Part shown: positions 24,620-38,639 of the stretch, in pieces
Layout of the letters: the number at the start of each line of letters is the position of its first letter
Position numbering within the stretch: the first letter of the stretch is position 1
Source: Octopus bimaculoides
Taxonomy: Eukaryota
Assembly (NCBI RefSeq): GCF_001194135.2
Contig: NC_068998.1
Span: 30,127,073 to 30,191,072 of the forward strand
Direction of reading: 5' to 3'
DNA length: 64,000 nucleotides
Notes under the pieces: generated by a model
Database searches by the model: none
What the model was told of the DNA's origin: nothing
The model's input: only the letters and a program-made list of their open reading frames with translations
Translations under genes and position numbers: made by a program

Positions 24620-24747
24620 AGCTTGTGAGGCTTCCATTCCTGTGAGGCCTCCATTCATGGGTCGCTATTTCCCCCTTGCACACCAACTTGGAGTTTAGAG
24701 ATCTAGAATGAATATCATAAGGCTACAACTGAATGAACTAGACTAAT
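24620..24747 (+). repeat. 128-bp exact direct repeat, copy 2
   Basis: Identical by eye to 23398-23525. Its 3' end runs on into SINE-like sequence (aatgtgaaataa...accctaaccactagg). Confidence 0.9.
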
Positions 24748-25065
24748 GTGAAATAATGTGCACAATGCATACTCAGCCTGGGAATCAAAACCATGATTTT
24801 GCAATTGTGAGTGCAACACCCTAACCACTAGGTTATATGCCATCATACACTATTGGATAGCTATTGACACTCTTTAGTTCTTCCACCCTTTGATGGGTTT
24901 TGCTTTTCATCCCACAAGATATCCAATAAATTACTTTCCTGTTAAGCAAATTTGATGGAGTTACTGGTTTAATCACTAATGACTCAATCATGTTACCAGT
25001 AGAGCACAAGAGTGACCTGACTATATAAAAAGAAAACAAATGACTACATAACAAAATAACACAAA

Positions 25066-27905
25066 TCATCATCATCATCATTTAACATCTGCTTTCCATG
25101 CTGGCATGGGTTGGACAGTTTGACTGGGGACTGGTGAGCCAGATGGCTGCACCAGGCTCCAATCTGATCTAGCAGAGTTTCTACAGCTGGATGCCCATCC
25201 TAACGCCAACCACTCTGAGAGTGTAGTGGGTGCTTTTTACGTGCCACTGGTATGAGGACCAGTCATGCAGTACTGGCCACAGCCATGCTCAAATGGTGTT
25301 TTTACGTGTCACTTGCACAGGAGCCAGTCCAGTGGCACTGGCAACACCCTCGCTCGAATGCTGTTTTTCACGTACCACTGGCACAAGTGTCATTAAGGCG
25401 ACGCTGGTAACGATCACACTCGAAGGGTACTTTTTATGTGCCACTGGTATGGAAGCCAGTCAGCAGCCTTGGCAATGATCATGCTCGGATGGTGCTTTTA
25501 GTGCTCCACTAGCACGGATGCCAGTCATGCGGTGCTGTCATCGAATTTGATTTCGATTTCACTTGCTTTAACAGGTCTTTGCAAGCAGAGTTTAGTGTCC
25601 AGTGAAAGAAAGGTACGCCTAAGTGGGCTTGTTACACCATTGGCATAGGCCACGGGTTATGGTCTCACTTGGCTTGCCGGGTCTTCTCAAGTACAGCATA
25701 TTTCCAAAGGTCTCGGTCACTAGTCATTGCCTTGGTGAGGCCTAATGTTCGAAGGTCGTGCTTAACCACCTCATCCCAGGTCTTCCTGGGTCTACCTATT
25801 CCACAGGTTCCCTTAAACGCTAGGGTGTGACACTTTTTCACACAGCTATCCTCATCCATTCGCACCACATGACCATACCAGCGCAGTTGTCTCTCTTGCA
25901 CACCACATCTGATGCTTTGTAGGTCCAACGTTACTCTCAAGGTACTTCTACTCTGTCGAGTATGCACACTGATATTACACATCCAGCGGAGCATACTAGC
26001 TTTGTTCCTTGCAAGCTTACGCATGTCTTCAGCAGTCACGGCCCATGTTTCACTACCATGTAGCATGGCTCTTTGTACACATGCATCATACAGTTTACCT
26101 TTTACTCTGAGCGAGAGACCCTTTATCACCAGCAGAAGTAGGAGCTCTCTGAACTTTGCCCAGGCTATTCTTATTCTAGCAGCTACACTTTCAGCACACC
26201 CTCCCCTGCTACTGACTTGGTCACCTAGATAGCGGAAGCTATCAACTACTTCTAGTTTTTCTCCCTGGAATGTGGAAGAAGTTGTACTCTGCATATTTTC
26301 AGTGTTTATTGCACCTGAGCATCTGCCACATACAAAAACTATCTTGCTAGTTAGCCTTCCTTTGATATTGCTGCACCTCTTATGTGTTCATAGCTTATAC
26401 TGGGTACATCTTATAGAGTTTCTACCTACACCTTTTCTACAGATCGAGCAGGGCCATCTACCTGAAGGGGTTTGTGTTTTGTCTGCCTTCTTACTTATTA
26501 GGATTTCGGATTTAGCTATGTTGACTCTAAGGCCTTCGATTCTAATCCTTACTTCCACACCTGAAACTTCTCCTCTAGTTCTGATAGTGACTCAGCAATT
26601 AGAGCAAGGTCATCAGCATAGAGGAGCTCCCAGGGGCATCCTGTCTTGAATTCCTCTGTTATTGCCTGGAGAACTTTAATAAATAAGAAGGGGCTGAGGC
26701 AGTCCTCAGCCCCTTCCTATTTATTAAAGTTGGTGGACCCCTACCTCTACCCGGAATTCTTCACTGTACTCATTGCCAACCCTCACCTTAATAACAGTGT
26801 CCCTGTACATGGCTCGCACAGCTCTTACTAACCATTCATCTATCCCTAGTTTCCTTGTTGACCACCAGATAAGGGAACGAGGGGACTCTGTCAAAGGCTT
26901 TCTCCATGTCAACGAAAGCCAGGTACAGAGGTTTATCTTTGGCTAGGTATTTCTCTTGCAGCTGTCTTACCAGAAATATAGCATCAGTGGTGCTTTTCCC
27001 AGGCACGAATCCAAACTGCATCTCATCTAAACTGAGTCTCTCTCTCTAATTAGTTGGGCTATGACCCTCTCCGTGACCTTCATTACCTGATCCAACAGCT
27101 TGATACCTCTGTAATTATTTGCATCTAAATCATCACCTTTACCTTTGTAGCAGTTGAATATGGTGCTGCTACACCAGTCATTGGGTATGACACCTTCGTG
27201 TATCACCTGGTTAATTATACGGGTGACTAGGCTATAGCCGACACTGCCAGATATTTTGAGCATCTCTGCAGTGATTCCTGATGGGCTTTCCCTGTTTTCA
27301 TACTCTTGATCGCTTTATCTACCAAGATACTGTCAATTCGGATAGCTGGTCCCTCTGTTGAGTTGACACTCAGCAGACTCTCTTCGTCCCATTCATTCTC
27401 TTTATTGAGCAACCTTTCATAGTGGCGTCTCCAAACCTCTCTCTTTGCAGCCTTGTTTAGTGCAAGTGAACCATCATCCATGCGGACACATTTTTCTCCT
27501 CCGATATCATGATTCTCTCTAACACACTGAATGCAACACGAAATACTTCAAGTCTTTGGTCCTCACAGCGCAGAACATTGGCAAATTTTTTCTTATCTGC
27601 TTCCCCTCTGGCTAAATAAACCTGTCTCCTAGCTTCCCTTCTGGCAGTCTGATACAATTCCCTGCTACCTCCATTCTTCCAGTCCTTCCAAGCGTGTTTC
27701 TTTTGTCTAATAGCCCTGTCAACCACATTGTTCCACCACCACGTTACCCTGGTTCGAGAGGGGACTTTGCACCATCCACAGATCTGGTCAGTGGCTCTCA
27801 GTAGGTTGTCCCATAGAAACCTCCTGTTGTCTTCCACATCATGTAATGCTATATCCCCTTCTATTTTGTCAAAGGCTTCAAGTAATATGTCTCTAAATCT
27901 CTGTG
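25066..27905 (-). mobile_element. Long RTE LINE copy (pre-RT region to tail)
   Basis: TWWWNNVVDRAI, NYRGIKLLDQVMKV, QFGFVPGKSTTDAIF, KLEVVDSFRYLGD...GRPRKTWDEVV, five 3' UTR units, (CAT)n at 25066-25081. Several frameshifts. Confidence 0.95.
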
Positions 27906-28260
27906 GCCTATAAAAAAACCTTTGTAGAATACAAAAAAAAGCTTCACTATCATATATACACTGACAAAAATGATACACTAAAAATAAAACTACAATCTCA
28001 ACACAGGACTCCTTAAGTGCAATAAACTTCACTTTAGACAGAGCCATTCAACAGTGTGTGTGTGGGGGGGGGGGAATATAAGTCTATCACATATTTTTAA
28101 ACTTCTATATTTTATTATTTCTTTCATACATTTATATTTTTATATTTACATTTTATATTCTTTTCTTTCTTTTTTTGATTTTGTTTTTTCTTTTCTTCTA
28201 TTTTATTTTTTATTGTCTGGGATAGTTGGGTGAGAGTAGCACCTGATAGGTGGATTGTCA

Positions 28261-30951
28261 CAGCCTTTTAGGGTTGGTCTGCCCACCTTGGTACCCACTT
28301 GACTCCCAGCTCTCATCGTAGTTGTTTGCATGCAACAGTGGCCACACCCAGGCAATGGCTTCGACACACCAACTAAAGTAGGTGAGGGTAGCTGACAGGT
28401 CTGAAAACCTTGGTGTGAAAATCAGGGTTTGCTGACCTTTGGCATGTGAAGACTGGTTCCGGTGGATTGGGTGGACAAGACCAAAAGTGGTCCAATGTCT
28501 ATGAAGGCAGTTCCAGCAGGTGCTGTGGAGTGCTTAGAGCAGAACAAGATGTGAAGACGTTCTGGTCACCTCTTGCAACAAAGAGGTCTCCAGATGTAAC
28601 AGTTCTCCATGCCACTGGATCAAGGTCTCTTCCACCAAGAGAGTGGGATTGTCCACATGCATTGACTCTTCCACTTTAATCAATCTCTGGCACAGGTGTC
28701 TGTGTATCTCAGCCCCAACTTCCCATTGAAGTCCTGCAGCAATGGGGGAATGGTGAAAGGGATAGGTGGAAATAACCACTGGAAGTCATAGTCATGAACC
28801 TGCACAATGGTGGCCTGGGACTTTGGTTGTTGTTCTTCGAACTCAGAGCAGCAGAGGACTCTGGCAGCATTTTTAGGAATACACTGCTCACCCTAATAAG
28901 AGAGGAACCTAGAAAAGGTGGCCCAAAGAAAGCCTGCCCTACACCATCTGGCCAGTTTAACCACGACTGGCAGACTTACTCATTTGTGGCCAATTCCAAC
29001 TGAAAAAGAAACTCATCATTTGGATGTGGAATGTGTGTACCCTTCTAGATTGTGACAATGTCTCAAGACCCCAGAGAAGGACAGCCCTTGTAGCCAACAA
29101 ACTGTCAGGGTACAACATCAACATTGCCGCCTTGAGTGAAACCAAACTGGTCAAAGAGGAATCGGTGACCGAATCCAATGGATACACCTTTTTCTGGAAA
29201 GGAAAGGCCTAGAACGAAGACCACATCCACAGGATGGACTTGCCATCAACATTTGCATAGTCCCCACCATCCCAAGTGCCCCAAGCTCATCAAGCAAGCC
29301 TTCAACACAGCAAGACTCCAACCTACTCAATATCAACAGGACTTCCAGAACAGTCTTGATGAAAGACTTGATGCAGCAGGTTTGCTTACTGGAGGACCAG
29401 AGGCAAAATGGAACCAGTTGAAAGAAGTCACTGAGACAGCCAAAGCAGCCCAGGCCCCAAGTGGAGGCAAGATCCTTGCTCGCATCCTCCTCAACAGATT
29501 CATTGCCAACATCTCCAAGAGTAACCTACCTGAGGCCCAGTGTGGTTTCCGCCCTAGTTGCAGCACTATAGACATGGAGTTTGCTGTGTGACAAGTGCAG
29601 GAGAAGTGCACTGAGTAGCAGATGGACCTGTACGTTGTGTTTATTGACCTGACCAGTCAATCAGGAAGCTTTATGGATCATTCTCAGTAAGCTGGGTTGC
29701 CTACAAAAATTCACAACCCTGGTCAAGCTCTTCCACAACATTATGAAGGGACAGGTTCTTTCTAATGGGGACTACATGAACTCCTTCAACAGCTTTAATG
29801 GAGTCAAACAGGGCTGTGTCCTTGCCCCAGTGCTCTTCAGCTTGTTCTTCACACAGCTCCTCCTCCATGTTGTGAAGAACTTTGAGCTGGGTGTGTACGT
29901 CAAGTACCGAAGCAATAGCTCTGTATTCAACCTCTGCCACCTGTCTGCCAAAACAAAGATCAGGGAAAAGCTCATCCTCAAAGCCCTCTTCGCAGATAAC
30001 TGTGCCCTCATGGCCCACAAGGAAAACCATCTCCAGATCATCATCAACCATTTTGCTGAGGCATCCAGACTCTTTGGCCTGTCCATCAGCCTTGGGAATA
30101 TAGAGGTCCTGCTCTAAGCAGCCCCCAAATACAACAAAACCTAAGCTATCCATTACCATTGATGGGATTGAGCTGAACTGTGTTGAAAGGCAGCACTATC
30201 TCTACAGATGGTTCACTAGATAAAGAGATCACATCCAGAATCCAGAAAGCCAGCCAAGTACTCGGTAGACTGAGAGTTAAAAGATTACAACAGAAAAGTG
30301 TGTGGCTGTCCATGAAACTCAAGATATACAAAGCTGTTGTTCTCTCCACACTGTTGTATGGTTGTGAAACATAGACTCCATACTGCCAGAACATCAAGTA
30401 GTTGGAACAATTCCATACAAGATCACTGTGCACAATCATGGGCATCTGCTGGTAAGACAGAGCAGAGTCCACAAGTGTTGAGGCACTTCTGCTAAAGCTC
30501 AGTTACATTGGACCAACCACATCATCAGAATGAACAACCATCCCCAGACAGCTGATGTACGGTGAGCTGAAGGAAGGCACAAGGCAACAAGGAAGACCCA
30601 AGTTGAAGTATAAGGACACTCTGAAGGGCAACCTAAAGTGGTGTGACATCCTGCCTTGCAAACTCAAGACTACAGCCACAAACAGGGCTACCTGGAGGTC
30701 AATCACCTACACTGCTGTAGCTGTCTTTGAGGATAGACAGCGATGCTTTACAGCTGCAAGAGACAGACATCAATGGGCTGCATCATCCTCAATTCTGATC
30801 ACAGACTACTAGTGTCCAACCTATGGGTGCCTGTGTGCTTCTGGCTCTGGGCTGCAGAGCTACCTGTGTTCTCACTGTTGACTACAGAGACCACAGACTA
30901 TGCCTTCATCAGAGATCGATGGACTACCAAGAAGAAGTATATATGAATGAT
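28261..30951 (+). mobile_element. Second RTE family (BovB/AviRTE-like), 5' UTR to tail, internally deleted
   Basis: APE start WNVCTLLD..RPQRRTALVA..L..YNINIAALSET; RT GVKQGCVLAPVLFSLFF and LFADNCAL; LLYGCET; terminal zinc-finger remnant. 17-bp TSD tgatWggtggattgtca at 28244-28260 and 30952-30968. Confidence 0.88.
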
Positions 30952-31173
30952 TGATTGGTGGATTGTCAGTCTTTCAATCAATCCATCTCTTCTATAATTC
31001 AGGACCTCACATCTGCCAAGCTCAATTAAGATTCAGAATACAGTTTAAAATCTTACAATTCTTCAAGAACCAATGTAATAGCACCCAGTTCTAATGGCCC
31101 ACATCTGCCCACTATTATACTTATGGCTGCAGCTTCACTCGCAATTCGTCATACTAACAACTACTATAACTAC

Positions 31174-32110
31174 TGTAGCAAACTCATAAGAGGCAGAGAG
31201 AGAACGTAAGTTCGTTTGCCCGAACATGAGAAATTATTGATTTCTCATTGGTTAAAAATTACTGCCCATATACGAATTATGAACATCGTTGAAGAAATCT
31301 TTCACGGGGTTACAGTTCTATGATTCGTGTATGAGTAGTTATAAAAACCCTGATTTTCGTCAAAATCTCCAGTGTTTGTTGGTTGCCACTCAAGTCCACG
31401 ACACTCACCCTTTTGAGTATAGGCTAATATATATGCCATGTTCAATACTCAAATCCGACAATATTGAATTGTCGTGAAACCTTATTAGTTAGAATGAGAA
31501 ATTAGTTAATAATAAGTTTAAGTTGTAATTCTCTACGACGAAATGATTTGGTTTCTGAATTTCTATAAATGTAAAAAAATATGTATATAATAAATTAATA
31601 TAGAAGCTTAATTCCTTTTACTTCTCGTTTCTTTCAACTTGTTGAATTTATTTCTGTATATTAATGAAACTGTATTTTTTTATGTGTAACGGTAAAAAAA
31701 ATATAATCTATATCTTCAACATACATGCACGTAATAAACGCACATTCAGCGTCTTGTCATGTATACATCATAACATTTACGCAGCCTAAACTAAGAGTTA
31801 TGCTTAGTGATAAATACTTATAATTAAGTTATAAGTAACGAGATTATCATTATAGCTTTTAATTTAATAAACAATAATATTTGTTAGAACTTACGAATGA
31901 TAACATTGTAAATAAAGATATAGTACATCTCACACTTCAACGACCTGTTGTTGTGATAAACAACCAACATAAAAAACTGGTGTCCGACCTGTTATACACA
32001 TAAAACTACAAAAAAATAAAAACTCATGTGGCTGATTTTGTAAACTGAAAACAAAAAATCCTTGAACATACAGGGCAGCCTCTGATAGAACTAACAGCCA
32101 AATCTTCCTC
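31174..32110 (+). mobile_element. LTR related to the solo LTR, followed by a possible PBS and short internal remnant
   Basis: Starts TGTAG. Shares blocks cattggttaaaattactgcccatat, ttataaaaaccctgatttt and gatcttcaacatacatg-like with the reverse complement of 21530-22465. AATAAA near 31911; tggtgtccgacctg near 31978. Confidence 0.6.
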
Positions 32111-32474
32111 AAATAACACTAACATTCCCCCAAAAGAGGTGAGTCACACTGGATGATGTGTTCATAGATGCCCTAAGTCTAGGGAAAAGACAGGATGATT
32201 ACAGCTGGAACATCTTTGATCATAGGACAACACAATGAAAGCTGACCTGGAGGTGGGAGTAGGATAAATACTATCACCAAGATTATGCCCATCAATGCCA
32301 CCACAATGCTAACTGCTACCGCCAGTAAAATACAAGCAACTATAAAATACATACCACCACTATTGCATACATAACTAAATGCATTAGCACCACAAACACT
32401 CCTACCAAAGCAACCACCACTGCTGCCAGCACTAATAACAGTAAAATGAAAACAATATAACAGGATAAACTCAC

Positions 32475-32558
32475 TTGATACTTGTGACCATATGCCCTTT
32501 TGTGGTTTTTCTTGTAAATCAATTTCAGGATAGCAAGGGCTTCAGTTTCATCTCCAAT
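32475..32558 (-). CDS. SV2: Internal exon (84 nt, phase 0 to 0) of the SV2-like gene
   Basis: Poly-T tract then attaccag acceptor; donor CAA|gtgagt. Translates IGDETEALAILKLIYKKNHKRAYGHKYQ, which fits the SV2 segment after PESP (G..DEA..VLK.V...N). In frame with the previous exon. Confidence 0.9.
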
Positions 32559-32819
32559 CTGGTAATATTAAAAAAAAAAAATCAATGCAAACAATGAGCA
32601 CAGATAAATTGACTGGAAGATAGCCTCTCTAAGTCTTGGTCAACAGTACACCTAGTGATGGTGTCATGATAAAAACAGTAGTTGCATGAACTGACAATCA
32701 CTACCTCATATGAGTGACAAAGACAAATTGAGATTTTGAGAACAACTGTGTTAATGGAACTGGTACTCTTAATGGTGAATATATTGTGCCAGGCAGGCTT
32801 GGAGCAACTGGTTTGGCTT

Positions 32820-34800
32820 CAACAGTTTGTCCACAGCAGGTAGAACTAGACATTTCAGATGAAGATGTGAAAGAAATAAGTAAAAAAAATGGGCAACTGG
32901 AAGGCTTTGGGACAAGATGGAGTTCAAGGCTACTGGATCAAAATATATAATGAAATCCATGCGTGAATAGCTGAACAACTCAATACTTTGTTAAATGCTG
33001 ACCAAGTGACACCTGAGTGGCTGACAAAGGACAAAACAGTTTTATGCTCAAAAAACATTGCAAAAGGAAATGTGGTAGATAACTACAGACTGATATCATG
33101 CTTGCTACTTATGATGAAGTTATTAACTGGAATCATTGCAGTCAATGTACAGGCATCTTGAAGAAAATGGAGTTCTACCAGGTGAGCAGAAAGGATGCAA
33201 GCATAAGTACAGTTGGCACCAAGGATCAACTTCTGATGGTCAAAAGAGTACTTAGAGATTGCAAGAAGAGTGAAACTAACGTGGTCATGTCATGGACTGA
33301 TTACCACAAGGCCTACATTCTTGGATCATGTAATGTGTGAATCTGTTTAGTGTTGCATTGAATATCAAGCAATTCCTTAGGAAAAATATGGAGAAGTGGC
33401 AGACAGAACAGACAGCACATGGAAGAAGCTTTAGGACAAAAGAAACCAAGGGACATATAAAAGGTATATTTCAAGTGGACTATCTATCCTCGCTGACTTT
33501 TGTACTGAGCATGGTACCACTAACAATGATTCTGAGGAAAGCTAAGGTTGGGTATGAATTTAAGGGTCACCAATAAAAGGTTAACCACTTGTTATTCATG
33601 AACAACCTCAAACTTTACAGTAAGGATGAATCCCAGGTCAGTTCCCTCATTGGCACTGAGTATATGTTTAGTGCTGACATCAGAATGGTGTTTTGATAGA
33701 AAAAGTGTGACATGTGAATCTTGAATAGAAGCATAATTAAACACATGGATGGGTTCGTGATGCCATCAGGAAAGGTTATGAAGCAACTAGGAGAGGAGGA
33801 TTATAAGTACTTGGGGATATTGGAACTGGACAAAGTAATGGAGGAGGAAATGACAGAAAACTTTAAGGTGGAATACTCACACAGACTGAGACTTGTCCTC
33901 AAGTCAAAATTGAATGGACAGAATAAGATTGATGCTATCAACATATCATGCTTTAAATATGGAGCAGAGGTGATTGCATGGACAGTACAAGAGCAAAACA
34001 GCTTAGACTGAAAGACAAGAAAGCTATTGACTAGATATGGGGTATTTCCTCCAAAGAGAGACACAAGAGACACAAACACCATATAGACCAAGAAAAAGAG
34101 GAGGAAGGGGACTGATTGGATAAAAACACAGCATTAGAGCAGAAGAAAACATGGCAAAGTCCATAAAAAATACCACAGAACCACTATTGTTGGAAGAGGG
34201 TTAGGCCTGTGCAGAACTGAAGATTGCAAATATAAAATACAGTAAGCATATGAGTATGGATGAAACTGAAAATAGATAGGTAGATAGAGAAAAGATTGTA
34301 TGGACAATTCCACAGTGAGGTTAAAGATAGAACAGACAAGGTAAAAAAGTGGTTATGAATAGCTAAAAGTGATTTAAAACCAGAAAAGAGGCCTTAATTT
34401 GAGTTGCTCAAGAGCAAGCATTAAGAATTAATTACATCAAACATAGGATAGAACACAAGCAGAAAGTGGTGAGTGCAGAATTTGTGGAGAGAATAAGGAA
34501 ACTGTATGACATATTACAAACCGATCTACACCACTAACTCAGAAAGAATATTAGGGGCAGTAAGACATCATAGCAAAGTTAGTCCATTGGGCACTTTGGA
34601 ACAAGTATGGACTTGACTGAGCAGAAAAGTGATGTGAACATTAACCAAAGGCATGATAATGGTAATGCAAAGAACCTGTTGGCATTTATGATTCAGTGTG
34701 GCCATGAAATAGAGAATAGGCAACTAGATATAGTAATAATTGAAAAAGAAGGCAGTGCTGGATCATAGATATAGCATGTTCAGCTAACAACAAAATAGAT
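32820..34800 (+). mobile_element. Degenerate R4/Dong-like REL LINE
   Basis: [64 protein letters not shown] and the start of the REL domain. Confidence 0.85.
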
Positions 34801-35908
34801 CTGAAATCCAGTTCACTAGCATCTGATCTTCATTTAATTATTCTCTGATCTGAATTCTTTCACCACTCATGCCAGTATATTCTTAAGAGAAATTGTCTAC
34901 TTCTTCCATCATGCCACTTTTGTTTCTCATATGTTTAGCATCCTACGAAATCCCTCTTTTGACAGCTTCCAACCCCAACTTTGACAAACACTAATTGTTT
35001 TGTATTGCTCTTGTTTAATCACTTTATCTCTGATCTGTCATTTAAAACAGCTCCATCCCCTTTTGTTCTCTGTGCATTCATTGTCTGTATCCTCTGATTT
35101 GTATACCATTTGCATCTACTGGAATGCTCCAATGGTAACACTTCATAACCATCACGTTTACTTGTTTACTCCACTTTAGTCACGCAGCATGGCCAGCAGT
35201 TGCTGGATAATGACCAGGCCCACCCTGCTGCACAATGGGACACCTGCTGGGTGTGGCACCTTCACCAATAGCTTCAGTCCTATTCATATGGTTATTACTA
35301 CCTGTTTTGTTTGACATTTTCTCTCATAAATGAGGTGCACTTTTAGGTTGCCACCATCTCTAGTAAGGTTGCTCACCAAGGTGAAAGAGGCCTTCTTCCC
35401 CTAGTTTTGAAATAAGACTGGTCCTTCTTGAAGGTTGACTGCTATCCAGGGCTAATGAGCTCAACCTACATAGAGCACTGGTTATTAGAAAGCACCAATC
35501 ACTTGCCTTTTCACTTCTTTCTCCTGCTAGTTCCAAACAGCTTCACTATGCAAAGGCCAGGAATTAGACTTGACTGTCAGAAACTATACTTTGTACAGAC
35601 CACTGGAGCATTTTATAAGTGAAGGACACTAAACTCCTTTCACCACTCTAATACTGACAGTTTTCTTTTCCTCCTCCTCCTCTTCTTTTTACTATCACTA
35701 CTTTTATTATTACTATTACCACTACTATTATCATTGCCAACACTACCATGCTATTATTACCACTTTTAATATTAAGATAATTGCCACAGTAGCTTGGTTG
35801 CTTGAACTTTTGCTTATTATCTTGCATGTGGGAGTAGTGAGTCAAAGATGAAGATAAGGTCACAGGGGTAGGCATTATTACTTATACATAAAGTGGAGAG
35901 AGGGACAG

Positions 35909-35949
<41 letters not shown>

Positions 35950-35989
35950 CAAAATGTCTGTGATACCAACAAAACGACGATTAATATGA

Positions 35990-36690
35990 AGGAGAACAAC
36001 GACATGACGAAAAGAATGATTCCATGACTGACATTGAGGAGACTGAGTTTGTGAGACATGTAAGAGTTGCACTTCTCTAGTAAGATCCAATATTGCCTTT
36101 AATGTAGCTTCCAAAGTGGGCTCCTGATCCAACGACAACAAAACAACTTGCTGAAAGGAAAAAGAGGAGTTTGCAGGTGGTCCCAACAATGCAGGATTGC
36201 CAGTATAATCCATGATTTTGTCTGCAGAAGAAGCTAGTTAATCTGCCGAACTAGTTTCCACCATAGGTACCAAAATGGCCTGAATATTAGGTGGCAGCCT
36301 GGAGAAAAAGAGTTGTTTGATCATTACACTATCTGCTGGTGCATTTTTGGCTAGTTTTTTTCATTTGTCTTAATAGCCATGGAGGCTTACGATCACCAAG
36401 ATGTTCATTGTTCACTGATGTGTGAAATTTCTGCTCTGCAGATAGAGAAGTCCGTCACAAGATCTCTGACTCAACACTGTAGTAAGTGGCATCTGATGGC
36501 AGGTCAGTAATAAGATCCTTAACTGTTGCCATTAAAGAAGATTGGATAGCACTGAGTAAAATGTGGAGCTGTTGGCCTCCGAGGATGTGTTATTAACTGC
36601 AAAATGCAACTCTATCTAAGCGAAAAATACATGAACATCGCCAGTAAAATTTGGCAAGGGGTTGCTACCCATGATGGGAAGACAGCATAA
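35990..36690 (-). mobile_element. Gypsy (CsRn1-like) gag remnant
   Basis: Degenerate LPNFTGDVHVFFA*IELHF, RLPPNIQAILV, ADKIMDY and LEATLKAILDLTREVQ resemble this gag class. Confidence 0.55.
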
Positions 36691-37849
36691 CACTTGAATA
36701 AGAAGAAAATCAGAAATAGCAGCTAGGAACACCAGATCTGATGAAGAAGGAAAGGAAGAAATAATGTCCTTCTAGTTGAAAAATGAAAGGTTTTGTTCAC
36801 TTGGAGATAAATACACACTGAACTGGTGAGAAAAGAAGAATAAGTCTTTCATTGAAGTTAGCTGACCTGCTGGGATGAGGCCTGGAATCACCAAAGTGTC
36901 ATGAAAATAATGAAGACACTGTGCATGGAAAATTCAAGCCAGGCAAATTTAATAGAGAACTCTCAAGATTTGGCATGCACATCCACTGTGCATGCTCAAA
37001 TAGGCAATTTTACACAAAAAACTAATGAGGAAGATGAAGAGAGGCACCATGTTGGACAAAGCTACAAGGTGTATGTGATGACAAAACATTGACAGCTGAA
37101 ATTGTAGGAGAAAAATATTTCAAAAGGAGATTATTTGAAAGAACACCATGTATTTCCTTGAAAGAAAAATGCATAACCTACTAGGTATAATTTTGAAATG
37201 AAGACACATTCCAGAGGTTTACTTGAGCAAGAGAAAATATTCCTACATCAGGTCACCAATTTTTAGTGGATAGGCACTAAGATATCAGCCGAGCTTTTAT
37301 AATAGCAGTAACAGAATACCTTGTAATGCAATAATTATAATTCCAAGTAGATATGAATACTGGACAATGTTCAGAAGGCTTAACAGAATAATAATAATTT
37401 ATTGGAAGAGGAATTGATGATAGAATTAAATCGAAGCTTACGCTGCCGGCATACTGTGCATAACATTCTGAGATAGGGCATAACAGTGTCCTAGGTGAAT
37501 AGAAGGAATGTTCAGGCTCCTTGTCATAAGGTCACAAATCCAAATGAGGTGTATGCAGCATATTAAAAATACAACAATTACAGTTACTTCATAATGTAAA
37601 AATATGGAACATGATAAATGTTTGAACAGTCTTATAATCTGGTATTAAATTCTGGAATGTTTCTCCATTAGATATTTCCATGTGGTGTTGAGTTCAGACA
37701 GAGACATAACACTACGTCTTAGTTCTCCTAAGATCTGACTGGAACTGATGAAAAACTTTCCTGTATCTTGTGACAGGCAGCTGTGTGTATCTATGTGTGA
37801 GGCAAAGTGGTTGGCTACACTAACCAAATTATGCATAGATTGATAACAA

Positions 37850-38045
37850 TTCTGCCAAAGGGAAATAGTGTTCCTACATGTCCATCTTTACATTCTGAGT
37901 TCAAATCCCGCCAAGGTCAACTTTGCCTTTCATCCTTTTAGGGTCAATAAAATAACTACCAGCTGAGCACAAGGGGTCAATCTAATTTACTTACTCCTTT
38001 TGCCCAAATTTCAGGCCTTGTGCCAATAGTAGAAAGAATTATTAT
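37850..38045 (+). mobile_element. tRNA-SINE, partial
   Basis: ttctgagttcaaatcccgccaaggtcaactttgcctttcatcc...gtagaaagaattattatt, same family as 20724. Confidence 0.75.
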
Positions 38046-38639
38046 TATTGTTTTGTGTCAGTATAGGTTTTATTCTTGGTAAAATTTATGTGGATAGTAA
38101 GTTACTTTCTATAACCTTAAATATCCACATAATTTTAATGAGCCATGAAATGCTCAAAGCCCTTCTGATGATCTTGCCTGTTCCTAAGAGGCAAACCTTC
38201 TGTAGAAGTTTTACAGGACATTCCATTCCAATCTTCTTTATCCATTTGCCTATTTTCTCACGCAGTCCTTAACACACCAATTATGACAGGTACAACTTTT
38301 ACAGATTTCGTGTTCCAAACACTTGCAATCTCAAATTTTATGGGGTTGTTTTTTGTTTTTATTTCAACTTTTCATCTTTCTTCACTATTCTGGAATCAAA
38401 AAGACAAGATTGATCAATCAGTAAACAAATTTGATTTTTCTTCTCTGTTACTATTTTATCTGTCCTCTTATGTTCCATCTCCTCCTCCACTTGAATGGGA
38501 AAATTCCACAAAAACTTGTATGTTTCCAACACAAGTACTCTTTCTACTCAGTGATTGTACCATGTACTTCATGCTTCAAATGCCCATTTTTCACAAAGCT
38601 TCCAGTGTAAAACTTTCATAAGTTGGTCATGTTTCCATT

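Noticed and set aside
23398-24747. Reading the 128-bp repeats as LTRs of a TRIM-like element
   Set aside because: No TG...CA termini, PBS, PPT or TSD.
31455-31485. CGACAAT/ATTGTCG hairpin followed by GAAAC
   Set aside because: No CUGANGA core upstream; it lies inside an LTR.
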